DNA of 61,386 bases, filler included, from Rhabdomonas costata (Eukaryota), in the NCBI GenBank assembly GCA_019059605.1. It is 21 parts of 21 records of this genome, joined end to end, with 100 filler letters (N's around TTAATTAATTAA, not from the genome) between each part and the next. Parts side by side here need not be neighbours in the genome. Positions count along the whole stretch, not along the records: positions 35,158 to 37,984 come from JAHMHO010001963.1; positions 38,085 to 40,910 come from JAHMHO010001964.1; positions 41,011 to 43,837 come from JAHMHO010001965.1; positions 43,938 to 46,762 come from JAHMHO010001966.1; positions 46,863 to 49,688 come from JAHMHO010001967.1; positions 49,789 to 52,613 come from JAHMHO010001968.1; 15 more parts are not named here. One strand, 5' to 3'. The position numbers and the translations under genes were made by a program. Shown here in pieces: positions 37,793-50,660 of the stretch. Under the pieces are notes generated by a model. That model did not search any database and was not told where the DNA came from. It was given only the letters and a program-made list of their open reading frames with translations. How positions within the stretch are numbered: the first letter of the stretch is position 1; each line of letters starts with the position of its first letter.

Positions 37793-38096
37793 GTACGTCT
37801 GGGGGCCGTTTGGGATGGGTGCGCTCATGTTTCCTAAAATAACTTGTGTATCTGGAGCTGGCACGCATTCCCACGGTGTAATGATGCAGGGTGAGCTGGC
37901 AGGGCGGAATGTCTGGCCTGCATCTCGTTCGAAAAGGGGGACCCAAATTTGAACAAAGCCAATCAAATTTACACCAAAACCACANNNNNNNNNNNNNNNN
38001 NNNNNNNNNNNNNNNNNNNNNNNNNNNNTTAATTAATTAANNNNNNNNNNNNNNNNNNNNNNNNNNNNNNNNNNNNNNNNNNNNCCCTCCACGCAG

Positions 38097-40413
38097 GTCG
38101 GAGTGGGCTCGGCCCACAACCAAGGCGCGGCGTACCGGCACCTGGTGGGTAACCACACCGTGTTCGCGGAGTTCCGCAGGCAGGGCTACGTTGTGGCCAC
38201 AGCGATCGCCGCCTCGGTGAACAACCAGCAGCAGCACCTCAACGGTGGCCTTAACAGCGGCGGGGGGAAGGAAGGGCATGTGGAGGGCAGTGGCCACCGC
38301 CGGTTGTGCCATGGGCATGAACAATGGAAGGAGGGTGTGGCTTTGCCAGGGTCGGTTGCAATTTAGTCAACTAGTCAACATACGGACGAGATGTGTTGGG
38401 GATTATGATGGTGATGGTGATGTCCTCGTTGTCATCAGACGCTTGCCCATCATCGCACATGGACCCATGCAGTGACATATGTAGTCAGTCAGTGTATGTG
38501 TATGTGGGTCTTTGAGCGGGTAGGAAGTGAAAATATAATAAAAAGGCACGACTAGATTCACAGCATTTTGCTACGTTTGGAGGCAGATCAACCCCGATCC
38601 TCGGTACACTGTGGAAAATACCTTAAACGCTGCGTGGCCGCTTCTTGGTGGTCTTTCTGACCTTTTTCTGACCTTTCATCCTCGACCGGTTGTGGCTCTT
38701 TCGTGTCCCTTTTACACCGCTTCTGGCCCGACGCAGCGGACCGTTTACAACAGCACCCACACCGTATTTCTATCTCAGCGTAGAAGAGTGGTGGTCATTC
38801 AAAGCGTGCGCGCACCACTGCAATGAACTGAGGGGTCGTGGTGGGCACACCAGTACCCGATCTATCACAGGCGACTTCTTTTGGCTCTTTTTTCGTCAGG
38901 CGCGGACGTGCCGATGGGGTCCCACCATGACCTCCTGGTGGGCCTTCCCCCGGTGGTGGCCTGGAAGGCCGTTAACGCTCCCAAGTGCTTTGGTTCCGTC
39001 TACTACGACGAGTTGGCCCTGAATTGGTGCGCATCACCACTCTGTTCATCAGTCCACTATTTTTTCATGTTGTCCACTTCCTCTGTGGATGAGTGCAGGG
39101 GCGTGGAGTATTTAGCTCTACATCCCATGGCGCAGGGAAAAGGCCATTTCGTTGAACGTGTTGGGTAGTTCGGGCCAAAGACCACAGAAGCACCCCTGTG
39201 GTGAAAATTAAATGGGGGGGGGTTAAGTGTTGAGCTGAGTTGACTGTCTTTTTCACCTTTGGACTGTGCTGGACGAATATAATTTGTGTAATTTCTAATT
39301 GAAACCGTGTTTCTTGTCAAACCCCTTCCATACCCTTCCCAGGTATTGCTGCGCCGCAAGCGCCCACATATTATTTGTAGTTTGCTCTCGGAGGTTGTTT
39401 TCGGACTTCTTCGGGGGCATCGAGTGCGTTTTGCTGAAAGACCGTGTTGCTTTTGTTTGTTGGTGGACGAGATTTTCTAAAGAGAGCGGCTGCTGTTTTG
39501 TTGTTTCCGTGCAAAAGGCTGGAGAAGATTGCGGCAGCGTACCGCCACTGCGTCCGGCCCTTGGCGCTTTTTGGCTACGGCTACCTTCCGCACAGTCCAG
39601 ACCTCTCGTATGGCCACCACTTGGATCCACCCCTGGCCCACCTGCTGAAGGTGTGTGCGTAGCGAACATCTCGAGTGTTACCTCTTTGGCATCGGGTGGC
39701 AGCCGGGCCTCTGCGGTGCCATGCAAACCCAACGGTGGACATGGTGCGAGTGAACTTACCTAATTATCTGTATTCACTGGATCGGGGTGCCTCTATTCGT
39801 CTGTTTGTGTGTCTGCGTGTTTGTCTGTCTGTTTCTATGTTTGTCTGTCTGTCTTTCTGTCTTAGGGACTGTTGTGCTGTAAGTTGCATAACGTTGCAAC
39901 GCAGCGCTCATCGGCAGATGCAAGAGTGATTCTCCTTGCTAAGATGTACACAACGCTCCCTGGCTTGGCTTTTTGATGCCACGTGAATGTCCGCTGTCGG
40001 TTTTTGTTCCAGATTTTGTTCTTTCGGAATGAGCCAATGATAGATTTTCGTGGCGGGATGTGTCCAAGTGCGGATGGACGCTCATTTACAACCTGCAAGC
40101 TTGTGGTTGTGGCTGAATGTGACAGGAGGCTGTTTTTTTTTCGGGGTGGGGGTATCACAGTCCCTGCTGGAGGGTGGGGTGCTGGAATCCGCGGTGACCC
40201 TGCTGTGGTCGGACCACGGGCTGAGCTACGGCTCGTTCTTCCGCAGCCCCTCTGGGCGTCGGGAGCACCGCAACCCATTTCTTGTCGCCGTGGTGCCTCG
40301 GAAGCTGCTGCGGCAGCACCCCGGCGCCGCCGCCGTGCTCCGCCGCAACCAAAGGGCCACCCTGTCGCCGTTCGACCTGCACGCCACCTTCCTGCACTTG
40401 GCGGCGGGCCTAG
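38097..40413 (+). CDS. DUF229 / alkaline-phosphatase-superfamily protein; exons 38097-38244, 38901-39027, 39518-39650, 40161-40413
   Basis: FRRQGYV, LDPPLAHLL, LWSDHG, GRREHRNP, LRRNQRATLSPFDLHATF. Confidence 0.85.
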
Positions 40414-41161
40414 GTGTGCTGCTCCAGCACAGCAGCACAGCAACTCACGGGGCAAGACTTTGGGGACAGACCATGGCGAATCACTCTTTCCCACGCAAAC
40501 ACATGACGCCTCTTTTTCTGTTGGAGTCGTGCTTCCTTCCTCGCATGCGTTGGCTTGCCGCTCCCCTCTACAATAAACGCATACAACAAGATTTGCCGTT
40601 GCACAGGAGGGAAGAGGGGAGAGAGCAAAGGGAGACAACAGCAACAGCACTGAAAGTCAAGGTCCAAGGCGCTTTTGCTAACAACACAATGTATGCACAT
40701 TGCAGAAGTGGGGGTGAGTAACCAAGACCACAAAAATCCTGGGAATGGGCGAAAACGTTGGCTTGTTGTCCAGCTTGTTGTCACGCCGACACAGAGGCAT
40801 ATATATACACGCAAACGCACACAAACAAGCAAGTATATAAACCAACTGAAAACACATTTTGGGGGTTGTAGGAGGCAACAAGAAGGATACATACAAGCCA
40901 GAGCGCTGGANNNNNNNNNNNNNNNNNNNNNNNNNNNNNNNNNNNNNNNNNNNNTTAATTAATTAANNNNNNNNNNNNNNNNNNNNNNNNNNNNNNNNNN
41001 NNNNNNNNNNGTTTTGGGTTGAAGGCAAAAGCCCAGATGCTGGGCAGATTTTGCCTTCCACCCAGGTCTGTAAGCGTGGCTAAAGTCCAATGCTCACGGA
41101 GCCAACGAACGTCAGCATGCCGCATAAAGGCGCGAGCAAACGCACAATGGAGAGAGGGTTC

Positions 41162-42542
41162 TCACTGGGAGGCTGCAGATCGACTGCCCTCCGGAGAAAG
41201 GAAGGGCGTGGCTGTGACGAAGAACCCGGCCCAGGTCGGGGGCCCGTCCAGCCCCCGGCCATCGGGGTGAGGGTCGTGAAGAAGGATGAAGCCTGGCCCC
41301 ATGCCGGCAGAGCCCACGGTGGCCACGACCACGTGGCGGTGCTCCCCCCGAGGGGACTTCCCCGCAATGAGGCATACCTGCGGGGCAAAGAGCAATCCCA
41401 AGTCCCTGAAACTGCCTTACCGCCGAACGAGGCCGATGAATGTCACGTGTCAAAGGTCCTACACATGGAACTACCGCAGAAGAAAAATGAGGCCGGCAGA
41501 AAAAATGCACTTCCCGCGATTGCGGGGACTTTCCAGGGGCAAGAAAAGGAGGTTGGCAGGGCCGGTGGCGAGGTTTGGAAGATGGGATACGGGAGCTGAA
41601 GAGTTGGGATTGAGACGGTCGATGCAGTGGGATTCGGGAGGAAAGCGGGAGTGCGGGATAAGGCACACCGTGTAGAGGAGAGAGGAGTAATCTTTCTAGA
41701 GTGGTGTGACATGCACAGGAAAAGAAACTGTGTGCATCTGCAAGTGTGTCCACATGTCTATGCGAGGGCGACCGCCATGGAGCAATTGTTTGGGATAAGG
41801 GGAGTGGCTGAAAATCAGGTACACTACATACAGTGCCTTGCCGCCGAGCTCGGCCGCCATCTCTTGGAAGAACGGAGCGAACCAAACAAAATACCTTCAC
41901 AGCAGCCAAGAATGAGAGAGGTACACCCGTCAGCAGGTGGAATGGGACTAAAACCCCCGAAGCGAGCCCGAACCCTCCCGCGACTGATAAAGCACGAGTT
42001 GGCTGTCCCGTCAATGCGGACATATACCACGTGCGCGGGAACATATGGTCGCAGCATATCTCGGCGATTGCTTTTGAAGCTGGGTAGTAAAGTTGGGGGG
42101 GTTTGTGCAGGACTGGTGCGACTGGTGGACCGATGCAAGATCCACAAACCGCATAAAAACAGGGGAGCGAGTCTAGGCGCAAAACTCCAGGGGTTTTCCA
42201 TTTCCTTTTCGATTTGCTCCCAGAGAAAGGGACGGTGTGATGCAACTCAGCCTCCACCCAAAACGCAAACCCCAACACCACAGCGCCACAGACCGCAGGG
42301 ATGCCCTCCAGGGGGAACTCCAGCCGCCCATCCCTCAGCCCGACCTTCAGGAAGGCCAACCCGCGAGGCCGAAGGAAGTCCTGCACTGCAGCCATATACT
42401 CAGGAGCACGAAGGAAGTTGGGCACGTCAGCTAAGGGGAGCCCAAGCACGGAAGCCACGCAGGCCTGCAGCGCGTTGCCGGTGCCTGGGGAGAAGTCATC
42501 CTGAAGCACCCGCACAATCCGCGGGGCCCCGCTGGAGTCCAT
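41162..42542 (-). CDS. Small papain-fold-like protein resembling phage/bacterial hypothetical proteins; exons 42542-42294, 41377-41162 (apparently complete, ~154 aa)
   Basis: GNALQACVASVLGLPLADVPNF ... GKSPRG..HVVV ... HDPHP; one phase-0 GT-AG intron. Confidence 0.8.
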
Positions 42543-42760
42543 CAGAGTCCTAGCCAAAGCGGCAGAGGCAGTAGTGGTAGCAGCAGGGGTTCCTCGACTC
42601 GGGTTCGAATGGTGGAGGAGTGCTTTGCAGAACAGAGGGAAAGGGGAAACAACCCTGCGAAGTGGGAAATTAAGGGGATGAGATTCCGGCGGTTGCCGAA
42701 AACAAATATTTGGGATGAGGGCCTGGAATGTGTTCTTTTACTGTTGTGGTTGCTTTTTCG

Positions 42761-42857
42761 TCTTCAGTAGAACCAAAACCTGCAGGCCACCCCTTTCCCG
42801 CCCAACACCTTACAAACTCCTACTACTACTCACAGTCACCGCCTCCAGGCGGGAGCA
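42761..42857 (+). repeat. Degenerate, internally deleted copy E of the SL-like-headed repeat
   Basis: TCTTCAG..AAAACCTGCA, CACCCCTTTCCC and GTCACCGCCTCCAGGCGGGAGCA occur in the same order as in copies A and B. Confidence 0.6.
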
Positions 42858-43993
42858 TCTACTCAGTTTACCCGCCTTTGCCGGAGGCCGGGTCGCAGAA
42901 CTGCTCGCAGCTTCTTCGGCAATCATCCCATCGGCGCTCCCTGACGAATCAGCTCGCACCCGAAGGCGCGGTGCCAACGGTGCGTTCTTCGTTCCTCCCT
43001 ACCCCGACTACTCAAATTTCGGAGTCGAGGCGCTATTCACGCCAAGGGTTGCAACCGCTTAGCAAAAACTCAAGAGCCAAAAAAGGGCATACACCAATGA
43101 TTGATGAAGCCTCAGCAATGTTTGCGAGCGAAGGCCAGCAGTGCGGAGACAAATCCTGGGTATGGGCTTGATCAAGCCCCTGAGTGCCATGCATATGTTC
43201 CCACGATGATTCCAATGTAGGCGCAGTTTAGCAGGCGAGCATCTGAGGGGGTGGGGCGACGCCCCCAAGCTCACACAATTGGAGCAGTAGTGAATGTTTA
43301 TGGGAAGAGGGCTCGTACACACATAGCTACAAACCCGGCTTGGTGTTGGACATGGAACAAGCTCTCCGGCCCAGGGACGTTTATTGTGACGTTTTGGATG
43401 AGGCCACCTCCTCCTGCTTAGCAGAAAGCCCCAAAGCCTCAAACAAACCCTGTTATTTCCGATCAGAACATCGGTGAAGCACGCCCATCCGCAAAACCAG
43501 GTCTGTGAAACGTTCTCCACACCAGCCAGGAGTGTCCACCGGCAAGGTCTACGCACAGCAACGAGAAGAAGAGTCCGATCAAAACAAAAAACCCAAAACC
43601 GCAATGCTGGTTCTGGAAAAACGCAGGAACACACGAGATAAGCGGTGCCTCAAGGCAACCCCCCCGTCACAACTAGATAAGTGGCCAAAACTGAACCGGT
43701 GCTCTTTTCGGGGTTTCCTAAGAGCTGGTCGTGGGGTTAGATCCGCAGAAGGACCTTCCCCAGCGTCTTCCCAGCCTCCAGGTAGGCATGCGCTGCGGCG
43801 GCCTCCGACAGCCCAAACTCCCGGTCCACCCCACAAANNNNNNNNNNNNNNNNNNNNNNNNNNNNNNNNNNNNNNNNNNNNTTAATTAATTAANNNNNNN
43901 NNNNNNNNNNNNNNNNNNNNNNNNNNNNNNNNNNNNNTGTTTGGGTTGTGTGCTTATCTTCTACACAGTTTGTCTGTTTGTACTGCTTTCCAG

Positions 43994-44972
43994 GATCCCT
44001 TCGCGAAATCTTTGCTGATAGTGCTCACGCTCACGTGGACGGTGCTCAGCAACGTGCTCCTGTTCAACCTTCTGGGTTTGTCAAGCAGCTCGGAGTGTTT
44101 TGCTTATCTCATCCAAAAGGGCAGGGTGGAAGGAGAGAGGAAACAGAAGAGATCTACACGGAGGCAGTTGCGCTCTGTTTTTAATAGACCGGAAGCCACT
44201 CACCCGCGCACCATGTATACGTTTGACAGTGCTATGGTTTGTTTGGGCTCTGACGTTCATCGGGTACATCACACTGCAGGGCAGGTCTTTAATTCTCGCC
44301 TATGAACAGGCTTAAAAAAACCGCCTTGGAAAAGCCCAAGCACCCGAAGCTGATGGAACTGTTACAGGTGGCAGCTTTGGAACCCCCGGAACACAGCCTT
44401 CTCCGACGCTGCAAGTAATTGGGCGGAGTGCTGCTGCGTCGTGCCCTTGTTTTAGTTTTCGGTCTCCTGCCAAATGGACATGCCAACTTCTTTTTGCCAA
44501 CTTCTGGGCTGGGCGTCATCCATGCGCCTTGGGGAAAAGGGCACTTAATGCCGCATTGATCGAGGAACCGTCTTGTGGCTTTCTGAATATTTCTTGATTC
44601 TAAATTTTGATGGTGCCCAAATGGTGGCGCCCTCGATGGTGGCTGCACTGCTGAACTCTGATTCTATGGGGCATCTCAGTGGCGATGATGAACACGACGT
44701 TTGAGAACATGTCCAAGAAGGCCACCCTGCGGTGGAAGCTGGAGAAGCTCCGGATTGTGCTTTCGCTGGAGAACGAGCTGCCCCACGACGAGGCGTACAA
44801 AATGTGCAACGCCCACTACCGGGTCAAGCGAGGGGAGCTTGGCCAGGGCCTGGGCCGGGTCGTGTCGACTTCCGGCAAGCCGCAGCGGCGGGGTTTCATG
44901 AAGAGCGTGGGCGACATGACGCGCAAGTTCACCTCCAGGTTCTCCGTGTCGAAGATGGCCATCGACGCAAAG
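43994..44972 (+). CDS. TRP-family (TRPV-like) cation channel, S6 and TRP-box exons 43994-44075, 44680-44972
   Basis: VLLFNLL-VAMMNTTFENMSKKATLRWKLEKLRIVLSLE. Confidence 0.85.
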
Positions 44973-45789
44973 GTGTGTCATAGCACACAGTCACGCGCCT
45001 TCGAGGGAAGACCAGATTCATATCATCCCACTATAACTTTTCCAGTGCGGCACAATACGGGTCACCGTTCCCTGGGTTACAGACATGTTGGCAGTGCTTC
45101 TTAGCCAATGAAAAGGAGAAAATTCCCTGAATAAATGGCATCTGGGGAAACCGCAAAAAGATCCCACTTGTCGCTGACTGATTTTTACGGGTCACCGTTA
45201 GAGATTCTTTGCCACCGCGATCTCTTCGGCTTTATAGCATGTGGTCGTTGCTCCCGTGCTCTCTCTCCCCGTCGCGGATGCCCCCCCCCCTCCATCGTTT
45301 TTTATCTGTCCTTTTAACAATATACAAGATACCCCTTCACCTGCACAAGTAAAGCCCACAGCAATGTTCACAGTTCGAAACGGGAAAACGTGTACAGTAC
45401 GACAGGATGCGCGCAAAAATAGGGGCTGCACATGACCAGCGGCACAGTGGTAAATGCTCTTCAGCGGTCACTCAGACAAGTGGGATATAGACGCATTAAT
45501 GTGCGCAGCACTGCGTCACCACAGTTCAGTGAATACTCCATGTAAAACACAGCAAACAAAGATACCGGGAGGTGGAACATAAAGCGCATGCAGGGCGCAG
45601 AACTGAAGGAAACACACCCTTGAGGGGTAAGGGTAAAAGCCTATGGGCCTTCTTGCATCACCCGGTTAGCAACCAATTGCCAGTGCGACTTCTCATCTTC
45701 GTATAATCCAAACGTGGAGAGCGTATCTGAATCTTGGCAGCCTCACCTATGGCTTGCCCAAACTGCCCACCAAAGCTCCTTCACCCTGA

Positions 45790-46760
45790 TGTCGAGGCTT
45801 GCCACCTCTGGAAGAGAAATAGTGATGATGACTCCGTCACGTTGTTATCCTGGGGTGACTGTGGTGTGATCTTGGTGGCGCACGATGTGGGATGGTATGG
45901 CCACTGACAATCATGCAGTGGTGTGGAGGACCTTGGTGCCGTCCTCTCAAAGATTCTCATTATCACTAACCCTGAGATACACAAGCGACCTCCACTTCTG
46001 TGTGGTTTGACTCTATGCCGTAGGCTTCTTGCGAGGAGAGTTCTTTCTTGGCACGCCTGAAGATTATATGTCGTCGATGCTGCGGCAAACCGCAGGGACC
46101 TTCCGGGTCTAGAGGGTATATCTCAGCCTTTCGAAAGGGGAGCATACCAAGTTGGCAGTCTGCGTGGCAGCGGTCATACAGCGGGTATCTACTTGACTTG
46201 TTGTTGAACTGACTTTGAAATCGTGCTCGATCAAGTAGGTCAGGAGTATTGAGACCAGGGCGCGATTGCAGCGCTTTTCCGTCTTGGCCTACCCCTCCGG
46301 GACGAGGGTTAATTCTATGGTGGCGCCGTACACCGTCATTCCAGAGTCCAGCTGAGTGACTAAGTCCAGCCGGCAGCTTCAATGGTCCGATCGATCATCT
46401 ACCTGAACTGGAAGGATTTCTTCATGGTACAATTGGATTGGACCGTCCTGGTGAAGGCATTCACGCTGTCGATGCCGCAGAATGCTTTGATCCACTCCTC
46501 CAACAGATCTTATCCTTCTCCATCAGGGCTTCCTCGATGTGCCTGACGATACGCACGAGGTCTAGTGGGCATCGTACGTGGTTTCTTGGGAGTGCCGGCT
46601 GGCTTTCTGGAAGCATCTCTTGGTTTAGGGCCTGACCCCGTTCCAGAGATGAACCGTAACTTGCTCTTGGTGGGCTTCCAAATGCCGTAATTACAGACGA
46701 TGCAAGTTTCAGATGTGAATTCAGCTCGTTCGATGAACTCTTTTGCCTCTTCCAACAAAC
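45790..46760 (-). pseudogene. Degenerate Penelope-like element reverse transcriptase
   Basis: Across frameshifts and stops: YGIWKPTKSKLRFISG, GIDSVNAF, LLTYLIEH, ATQTANLVC..FE, CRSIDDI, AYGIE, in the order expected for PLE RT. Confidence 0.72.
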
Positions 46761-47390
46761 CCNNNNNNNNNNNNNNNNNNNNNNNNNNNNNNNNNNNNNN
46801 NNNNNNTTAATTAATTAANNNNNNNNNNNNNNNNNNNNNNNNNNNNNNNNNNNNNNNNNNNNGAGGTTAGAGTAGGGGGGGGCTGCCGCTGGGCATGGGG
46901 TGACGGTCGTTTTGAAACGGGTCTGAGGTTGAGAGCCGGGTGCGGATGCTGAGGGAGAGAGCGGGCGTCGGATGCCTTTCTGGGTCGCTTTTGGAAAACG
47001 ATGCAACCCAGTATTTTCCTACGAGGGCCCTTCCCTCATACATCGCCCTGCCCCCATGCTTGCCGTTTCCACATTGCTGTGCTTGCTCGTCTGTTTTGGT
47101 CGTCCGCCTGGTCTTGTGATGTCGCGTTTTAAGGTCAGGATCGAGCTTTCCTTCCTAAGCTAGTGCCCCATTCCTTGCTCGCCCCCTCTGTTAGCATACG
47201 CGTCTTACCCTCACGCAGCGAAGGTAAAGCAGATACAATGCCGGAGTCCCCAAAAGGGTTTCCTCCACGAAGATCCTCAATGTCTTTCGTTCATTTTTGT
47301 CCTTTGTCTCAGGTGTTATGTGTTGTGTTCATCTTCGGTGCTGAAAGGCTTTTCATTGCCTCACAATTCGATTGAACAAATAAACATTAG

Positions 47391-49688
47391 GATCACGGGG
47401 AGGGAGAAGAGGCCCCATCCCAGGAGGTTCCGCTCGCTGCCCCACGCGGCACCCATCAAGCCGCGGTACGTCACAAGCGTATGCACGGCAAAGGAGTACA
47501 ACATGGCTGAACTGAAGCACTACTTCGAGTCCAGACACTTCCCCGTCATCGACTCCACAGAGGCCTGTGCCTGTCCTCATCTCTGGTTAAGGCGCCCCGC
47601 CAGTAAAGGGTTCGTAGCCCTTCAGAACTTCTGCATCACCCCTGCATCAAAACATTTCATCCCCAACGTAGTGTGTAGCCGCCGTTTCTAAGGCAGTCTC
47701 TATTTAGGGTGGAAAAAACAGTTGAAAGGTATATACGAGCAGCTAAAATCAATGCGATCACTGATCACCTAACCTTCGACGGCAATGCCACTTCGCTCCC
47801 TTTGAGTGGACCCCTTCCTACCAGGTAGTAGTGTTCAATGCTCGCCTCTGGGCGTCTGCGTCTGCGTCTGCGTCTGCCCTATTGAAACGTCTCACTGCTG
47901 ATGGGGATGATGAACCTTCCATGAATGGGTAGGGGAAGAGCGGTTCCTTTTTGTAGGTTCTGTACACGCGGTACACCACGACCACCCCGGCACCGGGCTC
48001 CACCACGGGGGCCACCACGCCCTCGCCGGGACACGCCGAGGGCGCCACAGAGGGTTACGGGGCGAGCAGCAATTCTCCCACGGTGTCGGACTTGGAGGTG
48101 GCGGAGGTGTTCTTCTTTCAGTACGGCGTCGTGGTGCGTCTGCTTGTGTGCTTCTGCAGAGTGTTTTTGGGTGAGAAGTGAAACGAGGGGATGTGATTGT
48201 AGTGAGTTGTAAGCAACAGTCCACCAGTCCACCTCCGGTACAGTTAGGTCAATCTGAAAGCCGATGCGAAAAAGAGGTGAGATAGAAAGTGGTTCGATTC
48301 CGTTGTGTGGCGAATGACCGTTTCGAACGTTTTGTTTCCTGTTGCGTCCTTTTTTTAAGAGGATAATGTAGGGTTTGGGTGGATGGCGGGGGTCCTCCAG
48401 GTGTGGTGGGGTCCCTCGGACTCCTGGGGGAAGCTGATGGTGCTGAGCTTGCTGAAGAAGTTCGAGGTGAAGCCTGAGGAGAGCTTGGACCTCGAGGTCT
48501 GCGACTACAGCTACGCCATGGTACGCTGACACACTCACGTACACGCACGCACACACACACACACACTTTTGTTGAGGACCAGATGCATCATGGACGCCTC
48601 ATCATTTCTGTTGTTTGCATTGACGCGGCCCTGGCGATCCCTGTCCTGGAAGATCACCAAGTTATTTACTGGCTGATCCCTGAGGCGCTGCTCTTTATCC
48701 CCAGGATGCACTGCTGTACGCCTGGTTCTTGCTTGGACAGCCCATTCCTTTCCTCCACTCCAAGCAAAACACGCAAGAACTTAAAACCCTTTCGGGTAAC
48801 GTGGAGATGGGACTTCGGCTTACAAGACATCCGTGACGCTGGCTCCGATCGGATGGATGGATGAACTGAAACTCTAACTCCTACACTCAGTGACGTTGTG
48901 TGGACAACACCCTATAGTAGCAGCTCCCGATACGGAAAGAAAGTTACGACGGTAATTCAGCCGCTTGTGCTGCAAAGTCTTTTGCTCGCACCACTGTGCA
49001 CAATGGTGTTTGTAGCGCCCAAATCGCCTATCCCATACCTAGTCCCTACTTATCTCATTCAACATGGACGGATTCCGTCGCCAAAAGGGTGCCACGTGAA
49101 ATCCATTGGAGGGCGCCACCTACACAGTTTCCAAAAATATTAGAATTCAGGAATGTAATTATATTGTCCGCGTCACCTCAAAAAGTCACAACTTACAAAA
49201 ATGTGCACTAAATCAGGCGTTTTCGGACTTAGAAGCTAAAACTGGTGGTGAAAAAACTGGGTTATCCTTATTCTTTCAAGCTGATTTTAACCTTCTACAC
49301 CTCACCTCTTACTTTTGAGGTGACGCGGGCCATATAAACTGGGGGGTCTTCTTTTTGCTTTTTCTTCTTCTTCTTTTTTCTTTTTTTCTTTTTTCGGAAT
49401 TCGCTCTGGGTCGTCGCATCCCCGCGCGTCGCATCCCCGGCCCTTAATCACTGCGAGCTTGGACAAAGCCAGTTTAACTTTACAAAAAAAACAATTACGT
49501 TACGTCAAATCGAAATCGGACAGACTGAAGCGACCGGAGACGTAGCCTCCCCGAGGTATCTTCTCTTTTTATCTCTCGGAGATTCACCCGCTTCCTCCCC
49601 TCGCCTCATCTCAGGACTACAGCCCGCACTCCGGGGACAAGATGGGCACGGACTCGGAGGAGGTCGAGGAGGCCGATCAACAACCCCC
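47391..49688 (+). CDS. RMD1/RMD8 (DUF155) family protein; exons 47391-47562, 47957-48132, 48400-48520, ~49615-49688
   Basis: VTSVCTAKEYNMAELKHYF, EVFFFQYGVVVWWG, LKKFEVKP. Confidence 0.85.
49159..49337. mobile_element. ~180-bp MITE in the RMD1 intron
   Basis: Imperfect 28-bp TIRs TTATATTGTCCGCGTCACCTCAAAAAGT / ACTTTTGAGGTGACGCGGGCCATATAA; TA-rich ends. Confidence 0.72.
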
Positions 49689-49829
49689 NNNNNNNNNNNN
49701 NNNNNNNNNNNNNNNNNNNNNNNNNNNNNNNNTTAATTAATTAANNNNNNNNNNNNNNNNNNNNNNNNNNNNNNNNNNNNNNNNNNNNCCGCACCAATAA
49801 CGGGTAGCCTAACACAATGGGAATTGCAG

Positions 49830-50660
49830 TCTCTATTAGGTATTCGTTTTGGGTACACGTAGGCTTATGCTTAGGTTTGTAGGTGGTGGGTGGGTAGTGT
49901 TTATGTGTGTATCCTGAGTTGGCATCCTGAGGTGGTAGGGTATGTGCGTAAGGTGTAGTGGTAGGGGTAGAGTGCATGTGGTATCCTTTGGTAGGCGTAG
50001 GTGGGTAGGTGGTGGGCTTAGGCTGAGGCATCCTGGGTGGTAGTGGGCGTATCCTGTGTGGGTTCTGAGGGAGTGTGGTGTGGTTGTCATGGAGGTTAGA
50101 GGCTGAGGGGAAGGGTATTCTGGTGGATGTGGGCTTAGGCATCTAGGGGTGGCAGGGTCTTGGCATTCATGGGTAGTAGGGTTGTCATGCTGAGGGTAGG
50201 GTGGTAGGGTTAGTGGTACGTAGGGGTGATCACGTAGTGTGCACCCCGTAGTAGGTAGACATCTGGTGCACCATGGGGGCGTATGGGGGTTATAGTCTTA
50301 AGGGTAGTATTTTTACCCCTTGGGTATTTGGGTTTCGAATTCTGGGTTCTGGATTTGGGTATTCGGTATTCGGGGTTCTGGTCTTGGTATTCGTGGTTCG
50401 TTTTTCGGTATTCGGTATTCGGGGTTCTGAATTCGGGGTTGGTATTTAGGGGTTTTGGATTCGAGGGGTTTGGTATTTGGGGTTGGTCTTTGTATTCGGT
50501 GTTAGGGTATTGGATGTTGGTATTTAGTGCTCCCAAGTAGAGGATTTTAGTGAGTCGGGTTTTCTGCCTTTGGGTTTGGGTTTTTTGTGTCGGGGTTTTT
50601 CTTCGGAGGTTGGGTTCTTGCCTTCGGTATTCGTATTCGCCTTCGGTATTCTCATGGATT
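49830..50660 (+). repeat. G/T-skewed degenerate tandem array; ~7-nt units (GGTATTC, GGGTTCT, GGGTTTT) from about 50320
   Basis: Visible periodicity and strong strand skew. Confidence 0.8.

Noticed and set aside
41112..42557. 481-aa single ORF
   Set aside because: Only the first ~85 codons look coding. The rest reads through an intron, and the real second exon is in another frame.
6190..46760. Functional linkage among RtcB, TERT, TatD and the PLE RT as one system
   Set aside because: They lie on separate contigs that are adjacent only through concatenation.
48629..48700. CCCTGGCGAT as an ingi/RIME signature or HDV-like ribozyme
   Set aside because: Similarity stops after about 10 nt, with no matching P1 partner seen.
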